Assembly: GCF_037042905.1 (NCBI RefSeq)
Contig: NC_087258.1
Coordinates: 14,384,001-14,448,000 of the forward strand
Direction: 5' to 3'
From: Lytechinus pictus
Taxonomy: Eukaryota
DNA length: 64,000 nt
A model generated the notes under the pieces. That model had not been told where the DNA came from. It did not search any database and was given only the letters and a program-made list of their open reading frames with translations. This document shows, in pieces, positions 25,030 to 38,737 of this stretch (the first letter of the stretch is position 1; every line of letters begins with the position of its first letter). Made by a program: the position numbers and the translations under genes.

Positions 25030-25881
25030 CTTGTCTAACGGTCTTGCTGGGACACCGACCGTATTTCCGATAGCTACCCAGTTGGGTGCTGTTGGGTGAG
25101 GGAAATCAAAGGCAAAGCTCGTCATGCACATCCACAACTCTGCATCTCCTACGAGCTCTTGGGTGCTTCGTCCTGGAGCAATACCATGCGCGTCCTTTAT
25201 CTCGTCTAAAGCTCCGAAGTGAACCCACTCTAAAAATCTCGACACAAGGTTATGGTCCATGAAGCTGGCAACCCGCTCCAGAAACGTCATCTGATCTGAT
25301 AAGGGGAGTGAATATTGTACGTACGATGAAGGCGCTGGAATCCCGTAGAGGCGTTCGTGAAAAAGAAAATATCTCGTTGTCGTCGTCACAGCTATGTGCG
25401 GTATACCTAGGTAACTACTGAGGATCGCATCACATCCGTCAACGACATCCCCGATCAGGATATCAAAATGTGATTCCTTCAGCCGAAACAGAACAGCGGA
25501 GTCCTCAAGGAGACTTTGGCAAGCTAACCTTATCCAAGAGTACAGTTTCCCTATATCTATCATATTACTTAACGGACCCTTCTGAAAGAAATCCTCTATC
25601 ATGGTGTCCAGGGTGCCCTCGTATCCTGAAGGAACATCGAAGCGGTAGTGGAGGGCGGTGCTGTAGGTGTCCATCGGGAAGCCTTCTGTTCCTACAAATG
25701 AGCAGGTCAGGATGGTGACGTTGTGGCCGCGACTGCTCAATGCTCCTGTTATAGCGGACATGCTTTTAGGATGACTGGTGTATTCTGGAACTAAGACAGT
25801 AACAAGGATATTTGCAGCATTGGTCAAAGAGGTGAATGCTATAGTCAGTAACGTGAACTTGGTGAATGTTACGAGTTTCAT
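25030..25881 (-). CDS. UGT: UGT variable exon 1, copy 2
   Basis: Intact 852 nt, same donor; M70 S74 E218. Confidence 0.88.
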
Positions 25882-27602
25882 CTTGCCCGTAGCGATTCCT
25901 TGTAGATTTCAATTGTATATTATGAGTGGCATTCTTTAAATCATGCCAATCCACCGAACATGCCGAACAGATTGTCATCAAATGAGTCACAGTAAAGCTC
26001 TACAGATCACTCATTCATGTCATTATTCACTCCTTTTTTGGTTTGCAAACGTTTCCGCTGAGCCATATACATGTAGATATGCTTCAGCACCCCCGATTCC
26101 CAGGGCCATGATGTGGAAGAGCTGTAATCACATCATATTTCTCATGTGCATGTTTTGCAAGAAAACATCTTGTTGATTGGATCGTAGACCTCTTGGTCTA
26201 CGAGTAGATGGTCTAATTCTCAGGGTTAGGATTTCTTTTAACCTCCTTTTTAGTCCTTAAATATACTTTATTCTGATCCGCCTTCACTCCCTTCAGTGTA
26301 TGAAAAGAAAACAGAGGAACAGCTACATCTGAACTATCTACAAAATCTATTTATCATGCATTGAAACGCTGATTGAACAGTTATTATTCATCATTTCCTT
26401 CATTCTGGCATGAAAATGGAATTATCTCAAGTAGCAAGAAAATAAACTGGACAGAAATATATGCCCCACCAAAGATAAAAAAGGGCGGAGACACACAATA
26501 TAAGCTACTCCACAATGTTTGCCATCTTTACCAGTTCTTCACCATTTTAACAAGGACATTCCGATACAGTTCAGATGGTGCTTTGAGACTGGGACCATCA
26601 TCCATCTATTCATAGTGTGCCCGGCCATCCAGTACTCCCTCAACGTTTTACATCGTCTGATTCACCGACTCATTCCGAACATTAATATCGACTTCGATTT
26701 ATACTGTGGGCACTGGTTCCTCATGCTTCGGGCCGCTGCAAGGAAGCCGTGCGTTTATGTAACTTTTTGTTAATTAGTTTCAAAAGTACCATTTATTGGC
26801 TGTATCGTACTTTGAATCTTTCAGATCCCCTATTGGTTTGGAAATCCAAATTGAAAAGTAGGAATTTTCTTGTTTATGAGTTTTTTAAGTTACAAAATAA
26901 CGATACTGCCTTCTCAAAGCGATGGTGCGTGAAAAATGCCCTTTGTTCTGTCGGCACCTCTTTGAGTTAGTTTGGTCATTTTGAATGTATGAATGTAGGC
27001 CTACTGTAACTTTACTGGTTGTTTGACGTTATTTCTTGGTTTGTTTTTAATGAGTCCTTATTTGTACTTACGAAGTATATTATTCTGATATTTTATTTGA
27101 ATATATGTTATAGTTTGCTTGTAAATAAAGTTTCATTTTGAAAAGTCAAAAAAAGTCTTCTTCTTCTTCTTCCTCTTCTTCTTCTTCATATTTTCTTCTT
27201 CGTCTTCTTCTTGCTCTTCTTCTTATCTTTTTCTTCTTTGTCGTCTTCTTCTTCTTTTCTTTTTCATTCTTCTTCTTCCTATATTTTCATCTTTCTCTGT
27301 CACTTTCTATTCGGCTCCCTCAGCGCTTCGCGCAAATCTAAAAATGAAATTGTTAAGTCACGAGAATGTATTATTATCATTTCGATTTCAGAATATCAAT
27401 GTCGAGTCCGATACTGCATTAGGAATGTGTAGGGCCTGGAGTGTAAAATTCTTGATAGATCACAATCGATATAGGTTTGAATTCTAGTCATATCAATTTG
27501 GAAAACTTTCATCCACACTTGCATTTGCTCCACCCACACGTGTACAGGAAAGAAAGTATGGGTATAGCCATAAGCTATAGATATAATCATCATGTAGTTT
27601 AC

Positions 27603-28454
27603 CTTGTCTAACGGTCTTGCTGGGACACCGACCGTATTTCCGATAGCTACCCAGTTGGGTGCTGTTGGGTGAGGGAAATCAAAGGCAAAGCTCGTCATGC
27701 ACATCCACAACTCTGCATCTCCTACGAGCTCTTGGGTGCTTCGTCCTGGAGCAATACCATGCGCGTCCTTTATCTCGTCTAAAGCTCCGAAGTGAACCCA
27801 CCCTAAAAATCTCGACACAAGGTTATGGTCCATGAAGCTGGCAACCCGCTCCAGAAACGTCATCTGATCTGATAAGGGGAGTGAATATTGTACGTACGAT
27901 GAAGGCGCTGGAATCCCGTAGAGGCGTTCGTGAAAAAGAAAATATCTCGTTGTCGTCGTCACAGCTATGTGCGGTATACCTAGGTAACTACTGAGGATCG
28001 CATCACATCCGTCAACGACATCCCCGATCAGGATATCAAAATGTGATTCCTTCAGCCGAAACAGAACAGCGGAGTCCTCAAGGAGACTTTGGCAAGCTAA
28101 CCTTATCCAAGAGTACAGTTTCCCTATATCTATCATATTACTTAACGGACCCTTCTGAAAGAAATCCTCTATCATGGTGTCCAGGGTGCCCTCGTATCCT
28201 GAAGGAACATCGAAGCGGTAGTGGAGGGCGGTGCTGTAGGTGTCCATCGGGAAGCCTTCTGTTCCTACAAATGAGCAGGTCAGGATGGTGACGTTGTGGC
28301 CGCGACTGCTCAATGCTCCTGTTATAGCGGACATGCTTTTAGGATGACTGGTGTATTCTGGAACTAAGACAGTAACAAGGATATTTGCAGCATTGGTCAA
28401 AGAGGTGAATGCTATAGTCAGTAACGTGAACTTGGTGAATGTTACGAGTTTCAT
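27603..28454 (-). CDS. UGT: UGT variable exon 1, copy 3
   Basis: Intact 852 nt; M70 S74 G218. Confidence 0.88.
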
Positions 28455-30172
28455 CTTGCCCGTAGCGATTCCTTGTAGATTTCAATTGTATATTATGAGT
28501 GGCATTCTTTAAATCATGCCAATCCACCGAACATGCCGAACAGATTGTCATCAAATGAGTCACAGTAAAGCTCTACAGATCACTCATTCATGTCATTATT
28601 CACTCCTTTTTTGGTTTGCAAACGTTTCCGCTGAGCCATATACATGTAGATATGCTTCAGCACCCCCGATTCCCAGGGCCATGATGTGGAAGAGCTGTAA
28701 TCACATCATATTTCTCATGTGCATGTTTTGCAAGAAAACATCTTGTTGATTGGATCGTAGACCTCTTGGTCTACGAGTAGATGGTCTAATTCTCAGGGTT
28801 AGGATTTCTTTTAACCTCCTTTTTAGTCCTTAAATATACTTTATTCTGATCCGCCTTCACTCCCTTCAGTATATGAAAAGAAAACAGAGGAACAGCTACA
28901 TCTGAACTATCTACAAAATCTATTTATCATGCATTGAAACGCTGATTGAACAGTTATTATTCATCATTTCCTTCATTCTGGCATGAAAATGGAATTATCT
29001 CAAGTAGCAAGAAAATAAACTGGACAGAAATATATGCCCCACCAAAGATAAAAAAGGGCGGAGACACACAATATAAGCTACTCCACAATGTTTGCCATCT
29101 TTACCAGTTCTTCACCATTTTAACAAGGACATTCCGATACAGTTCAGATGGTGCTTTGAGACTGGGACCATCATCCATCTATTCATACAGTGCCCGGCCA
29201 TCCAGTACTCCCTCAACGTTTTACATCGTCTGATTCACCGACTCATTCCGAACATTAATATCGACTTCGATTTATACTGGGCACTGGTTCCTCATGCTTC
29301 GGGCCGCTGCAAGGAAGCCGTGCGTTTATGTAACTTTTTGTTAATTAGTTTCAAAAGTACCATTTATTGGCTGTATCGTACTTTGAATCTTTCAGATCCC
29401 CTATTGGTTTGGAATCCAAATTGAAAAGTAGGAATTTTCTTGTTTATGAGTTTTTTAAGTTACAAAATAACGATACTGCCTTCTCAAAGCGATGGTGCGT
29501 GAAAAATGCCCTTTGTTCTGTCGGCACCTCTTTGAGTTAGTTTGGTCATTTTGAATGTATGAATGTAGGCCTACTGTAACTTTACTGGTTGTTTGACGTT
29601 ATTTCTTGGTTTGTTTTTAATGAGTCCTTATTTGTACTTACGAAGTATATTATTCTGATATTTTATTTGAATATATGTTATAGTTTGCTTGTAAATAAAG
29701 TTTCATTTTGAAAAGTCAAAAAAAGTCTTCTTCTTCTTCTTCCTCTTCTTCTTCTTCATATTTTCTTCTTCGTCTTCTTCTTGCTCTTCTTCTTATCTTT
29801 TTCTTCTTTGTCGTCTTCTTCTTCTTTTCTTTTTCATTCTTCTTCTTCCTATATTTTCATCTTTCTCTGTCACTTTGTATTCGGCTCCCTCAGCGCTTCG
29901 CGCAAATCTAAAAATGAAATTGTTAAGTCACGAGAATGTATTATTATCATTTCGATTTCAGAATATCAATGTCGAGTCCGATACTGCATTAGGAATGTGT
30001 AGGGCCTGGAGTGTAAAATTATTGATAGATCACAATCGATATAGGTTTGAATTCTAGTCATATCAATTTGGAAAACTTTCATCCACACTTGCATTTGCTC
30101 CACCCACACGTGTACAGGAAAGAAAGTATGGGTATAGCCATAAGCTATAGATATAATCATCATGTAGTTTAC

Positions 30173-31024
30173 CTTGTCTAACGGTCTTTCTGGGACACCG
30201 ACCGTATTTCCGATAGCTACCCAGTTGGGTGCTGTTGGGTGAGGGAAATCAAAGGCAAAGCTCGTCATGCACATCCACAACTCTGCATCTCCTACGAGCT
30301 CTTGGGTGCTTCGTCCTGGAGCAATACCATGCGCGTCCTTTATCTCGTCTAAAGCTCCGAAGTGAACCCACCCTAAAAATCTCGACACAAGGTTATGGTC
30401 CATGAAGCTGGCAACCCGCTCCAGAAACGTCATCTGATCTGATAAGGGGAGTGAATATTGTACGTACGATGAAGGCGCTGGAATCCCGTAGAGGCGTTCG
30501 TGAAAAAGAAAATATCTCGTTGTCGTCGTCACAGCTATGTGCGGTATACCTAGGTAACTACTGAGGATCGCATCACATCCGTCAGCGACATCCCCGATCA
30601 GGATATCAAAATGTGATTCCTTCAGCCGAAACAGAACAGCGGAGTCCTCAAGGAGACTTTGGCAAGCTTACCTTATCCAAGAGTACATTTTCCCTATATC
30701 TATCATATTACTTAACGGACCCTTCTGAAAGAAATCCTCTATCATGGAGTCCAGGGTGGCCTCGTGTCCTGAAGGAACATCGAAGCGGTACTGGAGGGCG
30801 GTGTTGTAGGTGTCCATCGGGAAGCCTTTTGTTCCTACAAATGAGCAGGTCAGGATGGTGACGTTGTAGCCGCGACTGCTCAATGCTCCTGTTATAGCGG
30901 ACATGCTTTTAGGATGACTGGTGTATTCTGGAACTAAGACAGTAACAAGGATATTTGCAGCATTGGTCAAAGAGGTGAATGCTATAGTCAGTAACGTGAA
31001 CTTGGTGAATGTTACGAGTTTCAT
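30173..31024 (-). pseudogene. UGT: UGT variable exon 1, copy 4, pseudo-exon (L119*)
   Basis: TTA>TAA at 30668-30670; otherwise carries the copy-10 variant block plus Y53 and E279. Confidence 0.88.
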
Positions 31025-32743
31025 CTTGCCCGTAGCGATTCCTTGTAGATTTCAATTGTATATTATGAGTGGCATTCTTTAAATCATGCCAATCCACCGA
31101 ACATGCCGAACAGATTGTCATCAAATGAGTCACAGTAAAGCTCTACAGATCACTCATTCATGTCATTATTCACTCCTTTTTTGGTTTGCAAACGTTTCCG
31201 CTGAGCCATATACATGTAGATATGCTTCAGCACCCCCGATTCCCAGGGCCATGATGTGGAAGAGCTGTAATCACATCATATTTCTCATGTGCATGTTTTG
31301 CAAGAAAACATCTTGTTGATTGGATCGTAGACCTCTTGGTCTACGAGTAGATGGTCTAATTCTCAGGGTTAGGATTTCTTTTAACCTCCTTTTTAGTCCT
31401 TAAATATACTTTATTCTGATCCGCCTTCACTCCCTTCAGTGTATGAAAAGAAAACAGAGGAACAGCTACATCTGAACTATCTACAAAATCTATTTATCAT
31501 GCATTGAAACGCTGATTGAACAGTTATTATTCATCATTTCCTTCATTCTGGCATGAAAATGGAATTATCTCAAGTAGCAAGAAAATAAACTGGACAGAAA
31601 TATATGCCCCACCAAAGATAAAAAAGGGCGGAGACACACAATATAAGCTACTCCACAATGTTTGCCATCTTTACCAGTTCTTCACCATTTTAACAAGGAC
31701 ATTCCGATACAGTTCAGATGGTGCTTTGAGACTGGGACCATCATCCATCTATTCATACAGTGCCCGGCCATCCAGTACTCCCTCAACGTTTTACATCGTC
31801 TGATTCACCGACTCATTCCGAACATTAATATCGACTTCGATTTATACTGGGCACTGGTTCCTCATGCTTCGGGCCGCTGCAAGGAAGCCGTGCGTTTATG
31901 TAACTTTTTGTTAATTAGTTTCAAAAGTACCATTTATTGGCTGTATCGTACTTTGAATCTTTCAGATCCCCTATTGGTTTGGAAATCCAAATTGAAAAGT
32001 AGGAATTTTCTTGTTTATGAGTTTTTTAAGTTACAAAATAACGATACTGCCTTCTCAAAGCGATGGTGCGTGAAAAATGCCCTTTGTTCTGTCGGCACCT
32101 CTTTGAGTTAGTTTGGTCATTTTGAATGTATGAATGTAGGCCTACTGTAACTTTACTGGTTGTTTGACGTTATTTCTTGGTTTGTTTTTAATGAGTCCTT
32201 ATTTGTACTTACGAAGTATATTATTCTGATATTTTATTTGAATATATGTTATAGTTTGCTTGTAAATAAAGTTTCATTTTGAAAAGTCAAAAAAAGTCTT
32301 CTTCTTCTTCTTCCTCTTCTTCTTCTTCATATTTTCTTCTTCGTCTTCTTCTTGCTCTTCTTCTTATCTTTTTCTTCTTTGTCGTCTTCTTCTTCTTTTC
32401 TTTTTCATTCTTCTTCTTCCTATATTTTCATCTTTCTCTGTCACTTTGTATTCGGCTCCCTCAGCGCTTCGCGCAAATCTAAAAATGAAATTGTTAAGTC
32501 ACGAGAATGTATTATTATCATTTCGATTTCAGAATATCAATGTCGAGTCCGATACTGCATTAGGAATGTGTAGGGCCTGGAGTGTAAAATTATTGATAGA
32601 TCACAATCGATATAGGTTTGAATTCTAGTCATATCAATTTGGAAAACTTTCATCCACACTTGCATTTGCTCCACCCACACGTGTACAGGAAAGAAAGTAT
32701 GGGTATAGCCATAAGCTATAGATATAATCATCATGTAGTTTAC

Positions 32744-33595
32744 CTTGTCTAACGGTCTTGCTGGGACACCGACCGTATTTCCGATAGCTACCCAGTTGGG
32801 TGCTGTTGGGTGAGGGAAATCAAAGGCAAAGCTCGTCATGCACATCCACAACTCTGCATCTCCTACGAGCTCTTGGGTGCTTCGTCCTGGAGCAATACCA
32901 TGCGCGTCCTTTATCTCGTCTAAAGCTCCGAAGTGAACCCACTCTAAAAATCTCGAGACAAGTTTATGGTCCATGAAGCTGGCAACCCGCTCCAGAAACG
33001 TCATCTGATCTGATAAGGGGAGTGAATATTGTACGTACGATGAAGGCGCTGGAATCCCGTAGAGGCGTTCGTGAAAAAGAAAATATCTCGTTGTCGTCGT
33101 CACAGCTATGTGCGGTATACCTAGGTAACTACTGAGGATCGCATCACATCCGTCAACGACATCCCCGATCAGGATATCAAAATGTGATTCCTTCAGCCGA
33201 AACAGAACAGCGGAGTCCTCAAGGAGACTTTGGCAAGCTAACCTTATCCAAGAGTACAGTTTCCCTATATCTATCATATTACTTAACGGACCCTTCTGAA
33301 AGAAATCCTCTATCATGGTGTCCAGGGTGCCCTCGTATCCTGAAGGAACATCGAAGCGGTAGTGGAGGGCGGTGCTGTAGGTGTCCATCGGGAAGCCTTC
33401 TGTTCCTACAAATGAGCAGGTCAGGATGGTGACGTTGTGGCCGCGACTGCTCAATGCTCCTGTTATAGCGGACATGCTTTTAGGATGACTGGTGTATTCT
33501 GGAACTAAGACAGTAACAAGGATATTTGCAGCATTGGTCAAAGAGGTGAATGCTATAGTCAGTAACGTGAACTTGGTGAATGTTACGAGTTTCAT
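32744..33595 (-). CDS. UGT: UGT variable exon 1, copy 5
   Basis: Intact 852 nt; M70 S74 K211 E218. Confidence 0.88.
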
Positions 33596-35314
33596 CTTGC
33601 CCGTAGCGATTCCTTGTAGATTTCAATTGTATATTATGAGTGGCATTCTTTAAATCATGCCAATCCACCGAACATGCCGAACAGATTGTCATCAAATGAG
33701 TCACAGTAAAGCTCTACAGATCACTCATTCATGTCATTATTCACTCCTTTTTTGGTTTGCAAACGTTTCCGCTGAGCCATATACATGTAGATATGCTTCA
33801 GCACCCCCGATTCCCAGGGCCATGATGTGGAAGAGCTGTAATCACATCATATTTCTCATGTGCATGTTTTGCAAGAAAACATCTTGTTGATTGGATCGTA
33901 GACCTCTTGGTCTACGAGTAGATGGTCTAATTCTCAGGGTTAGGATTTCTTTTAACCTCCTTTTTAGTCCTTAAATATACTTTATTCTGATCCGCCTTCA
34001 CTCCCTTCAGTGTATGAAAAGAAAACAGAGGAACAGCTACATCTGAACTATCTACAAAATCTATTTATCATGCATTGAAACGCTGATTGAACAGTTATTA
34101 TTCATCATTTCCTTCATTCTGGCATGAAAATGGAATTATCTCAAGTAGCAAGAAAATAAACTGGACAGAAATATATGCCCCACCAAAGATAAAAAAGGGC
34201 GGAGACACACAATATAAGCTACTCCACAATGTTTGCCATCTTTACCAGTTCTTCACCATTTTAACAAGGACATTCCGATACAGTTCAGATGGTGCTTTGA
34301 GACTGGGACCATCATCCATCTATTCATACAGTGCCCGGCCATCCAGTACTCCCTCAACGATTTACATCGTCTGATTCACCGACTCATTCCGAACATTAAT
34401 ATCGACTTCGATTTATACTGGGCACTGGTTCCTCATGCTTCGGGCCGCTGCAAGGAAGCCGTGCGTTTATGTAACTTTTTGTTAATTAGTTTCAAAAGTA
34501 CCATTTATTGGCTGTATCGTACTTTGAATCTTTCAGATCCCCTATTGGTTTGGAAATCCAAATTGAAAAGTAGGAATTTTCTTGTTTATGAGTTTTTTAA
34601 GTTACAAAATAACGATACTGCCTTCTCAAAGCGATGGTGCGTGAAAAATGCCCTTTGTTCTGTCGGCACCTCTTTGAGTTAGTTTGGTCATTTTGAATGT
34701 ATGAATGTAGGCCTACTGTAACTTTACTGGTTGTTTGACGTTATTTCTTGGTTTGTTTTTAATGAGTCCTTATTTGTACTTACGAAGTATATTATTCTGA
34801 TATTTTATTTGAATATATGTTATAGTTTGCTTGTAAATAAAGTTTCATTTTGAAAAGTCAAAAAAAATCTTCTTCTTCTTCTTCCTCTTCTTCTTCTTCA
34901 TATTTTCTTCTTCGTCTTCTTCTTGCTCTTCTTCTTATCTTTTTCTTCTTTGTCGTCTTCTTCTTCTTTTCTTTTTCATTCTTCTTCTTCCTATATTTTC
35001 ATCTTTCTCTGTCACTTTGTATTCGGCTCCCTCAGCGCTTCGCGCAAGTCTAAAAATGAAATTGTTAAGTCACGAGAATGTATTATTATCATTTCGATTT
35101 CAGAATATCAATGTCGAGTCCGATACTGCATTAGGAATGTGTAGGGCCTGGAGTGTAAAATTATTGATAGATCACAATCGATATAGGTTTGAATTCTAGT
35201 CATATCAATTTGGAAAACTTTCATCCACACTTGCATTTGCTCCACCCACACGTGTACAGGAAAGAAAGTATGGGTATAGCCATAAGCTATAGATATAATC
35301 ATCATGTAGTTTAC

Positions 35315-36166
35315 CTTGTCTAACGGTCTTGCTGGGACACCGACCGTATTTCCGATAGCTACCCAGTTGGGTGCTGTTGGGTGAGGGAAATCAAAGGCAA
35401 AGCTCGTCATGCACATCCACAACTCTGCATCTCCTACGAGCTCTTGGGTGCTTCGTCCTGGAGCAATACCATGCGCGTCCTTTATCTCGTCTAAAGCTCC
35501 GAAGTGAACCCACTCTAAAAATCTCGACACAAGGTTATGGTCCATGAAGCTGGCAACCCGCTCCAGAAACGTCATCTGATCTGATAAGGGGAGTGAATAT
35601 TGTACGTACGATGAAGGCGCTGGAATCCCGTAGAGGCGTTCGTGAAAAAGAAAATATCTCGTTGTCGTCGTCACAGCTATGTGCGGTATACCTAGGTAAC
35701 TACTGAGGATCGCATCACATCCGTCAACGACATCCCCGATCAGGATATCAAAATGTGATTCCTTCAGCCGAAACAGAACAGCGGAGTCCTCAAGGAGACT
35801 TTGGAAAGCTAACCTTATCCAAGAGTACAGTTTCCCTATATCTATCATATTACTTAACGGACCCTTCTGAAAGAAATCCTCTATCATGGTGTCCAGGGTG
35901 CCCTCGTATCCTGAAGGAACATCGAAGCGGTAGTGGAGGGCGGTGCTGTAGGTGTCCATCGGGAAGCCTTCTGTTCCTACAAATGAGCAGGTCAGGATGG
36001 TGACGTTGTGGCCGCGACTGCTCAATGCTCCTGTTATAGCGGACATGCTTTTAGGATGACTGGTGTATTCTGGAACTAAGACAGTAACAAGGATATTTGC
36101 AGCATTGGTCAAAGAGGTGAATGCTATAGTCAGTAACGTGAACTTGGTGAATTTTACGAGTTTCAT
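35315..36166 (-). CDS. UGT: UGT variable exon 1, copy 6
   Basis: Intact 852 nt; K5 M70 S74 F121 E218. Confidence 0.88.
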
Positions 36167-37885
36167 CTTGCCCGTAGCGATTCCTTGTAGATTTCAATTG
36201 TATATTATGAGTGGCATTCTTTAAATCATGCCAATCCACCGAACATGCCGAACAGATTGTCATCAAATGAGTCACAGTAAAGCTCTACAGATCACTCATT
36301 CATGTCATTATTCACTCCTTTTTTGGTTTGCAAACGTTTCCGCTGAGCCATATACATGTAGATATGCTTCAGCACCCCCGATTCCCAGGGCCATGATGTG
36401 GAAGAGCTGTAATCACATCATATTTATCATGTGCATGTTTTGCAAGAAAACATCTTGTTGATTGGATCGTAGACCTCTTGGTCTACGAGTAGATGGTCTA
36501 ATTCTCAGGGTTAGGATTTCTTTTAACCTCCTTTTTAGTCCTTAAATATACTTTATTCTGATCCGCCTTCACTCCCTTCAGTGTACTAAAAGAAAACAGA
36601 GGAACAGCTACATCTGAACTATCTACAAAATCTATTTATCATGCATTGAAACGCTGATTGAACAGTTATTATTCATCATTTCCTTCATTCTGGCATGAAA
36701 ATGGAATTATCTCAAGTAGCAAGAAAATAAACTGGACAGAAATATATGCCCCACCAAAGATAAAAAAGGGCGGAGACACACAATATAAGCTACTCCACAA
36801 TGTTTGCCATCTTTACCAGTTCTTCACCATTTTAACAAGGACATTCCGATACAGTTCAGATGGTGCTTTGAGACTGGGACCATCATCCATCTATTCATAC
36901 AGTGCCCGGCCATCCAGTACTCCCTCAACGTTTTACATCGTCTGATTCACCGACTCATTCCGAACATTAATATCGACTTCGATTTATACTGGGCACTGGT
37001 TCCTCATGCTTCGGGCCGCTGCAAGGAAGCCGTGCGTTTATGTAACTTTTTGTTAATTAGTTTCAAAAGTACCATTTATTGGCTGTATCGTACTTTGAAT
37101 CTTTCAGATCCCCTATTGGTTTGGAAATCCAAATTGAAAAGTAGGAATTTTCTTGTTTATGAGTTTTTTAAGTTACAAAATAACGATACTGCCTTCTCAA
37201 AGCGATGGTGCGTGAAAAATGCCCTTTGTTCTGTCGGCACCTCTTTGAGTTAGTTTGGTCATTTTGAATGTATGAATGTAGGCCTACTGTAACTTTACTG
37301 GTTGTTTGACGTTATTTCTTGGTTTGTTTTTAATGAGTCCTTATTTGTACTTACGAAGTATATTATTCTGATATTTTATTTGAATATATGTTATAGTTTG
37401 CTTGTAAATAAAGTTTCATTTTGAAAAGTCAAAAAAAGTCTTCTTCTTCTTCTTCCTCTTCTTCTTCTTCATATTTTCTTCTTCGTCTTCTTCTTGCTCT
37501 TCTTCTTATCTTTTTCTTCTTTGTCGTCTTCTTCTTCTTTTCTTTTTCATTCTTCTTCTTCCTATATTTTCATCTTTCTCTGTCACTTTGTATTCGGCTC
37601 CCTCAGCGCTTCGCGCAAATCTAAAAATGAAATTGTTAAGTCACGAGAATGTATTATTATCATTTCGATTTCAGAATATCAATGTCGAGTCCGATACTGC
37701 ATTAGGAATGTGTAGGGCCTGGAGTGTAAAATTATTGATAGATCACAATCGATATAGGTTTGAATTCTAGTCATATCAATTTGGAAAACTTTCATCCACA
37801 CTTGCATTTGCTCCACCCACACGTGTACAGGAAAGAAAGTATGGGTATAGCCATAAGCTATAGATATAATCATCATGTAGTTTAC

Positions 37886-38737
37886 CTTGTCTAACGGTCT
37901 TGCTGGGACACCGACCGTATTTCCGATAGCTACCCAGTTGGGTGCTGTTGGGTGAGGGAAATCAAAGGCAAAGCTCGTCATGCACATCCACAACTCTGCA
38001 TCTCCTACGAGCTCTTGGGTGCTTCGTCCTGGAGCAATACCATGCGCGTCCTTTATCTCGTCTAAAGCTCCGAAGTGAACCCACTCTAAAAATCTCGACA
38101 CAAGGTTATGGTCCATGAAGCTGGCAACCCGCTCCAGAAACGTCATCTGATCTGATAAGGGGAGTGAATATTGTACGTACGATGAAGGCGCTGGAATCCC
38201 GTAGAGGCGTTCGTGAAAAAGAAAATATCTCGTTGTCGTCGTCACAGCTATGTGCGGTATACCTAGGTAACTACTGAGGATCGCATCACATCCGTCAACG
38301 ACATCCCCGATCAGGATATCAAAATGTGATTCCTTCAGCCGAAACAGAACAGCGGAGTCCTCAAGGAGACTTTGGAAAGCTAACCTTATCCAAGAGTACA
38401 GTTTCCCTATATCTATCATATTACTTAACGGACCCTTCTGAAAGAAATCCTCTATCATGGTGTCCAGGGTGCCCTCGTATCCTGAAGGAACATCGAAGCG
38501 GTAGTGGAGGGCGGTGCTGTAGGTGTCCATCGGGAAGCCTTCTGTTCCTACAAATGAGCAGGTCAGGATGGTGACGTTGTGGCCGCGACTGCTCAATGCT
38601 CCTGTTATAGCGGACATGCTTTTAGGATGACTGGTGTATTCTGGAACTAAGACAGTAACAAGGATATTTGCAGCATTGGTCAAAGAGGTGAATGCTATAG
38701 TCAGTAACGTGAACTTGGTGAATTTTACGAGTTTCAT
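37886..38737 (-). CDS. UGT: UGT variable exon 1, copy 7
   Basis: Intact 852 nt; protein identical to copy 6. Confidence 0.85.
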
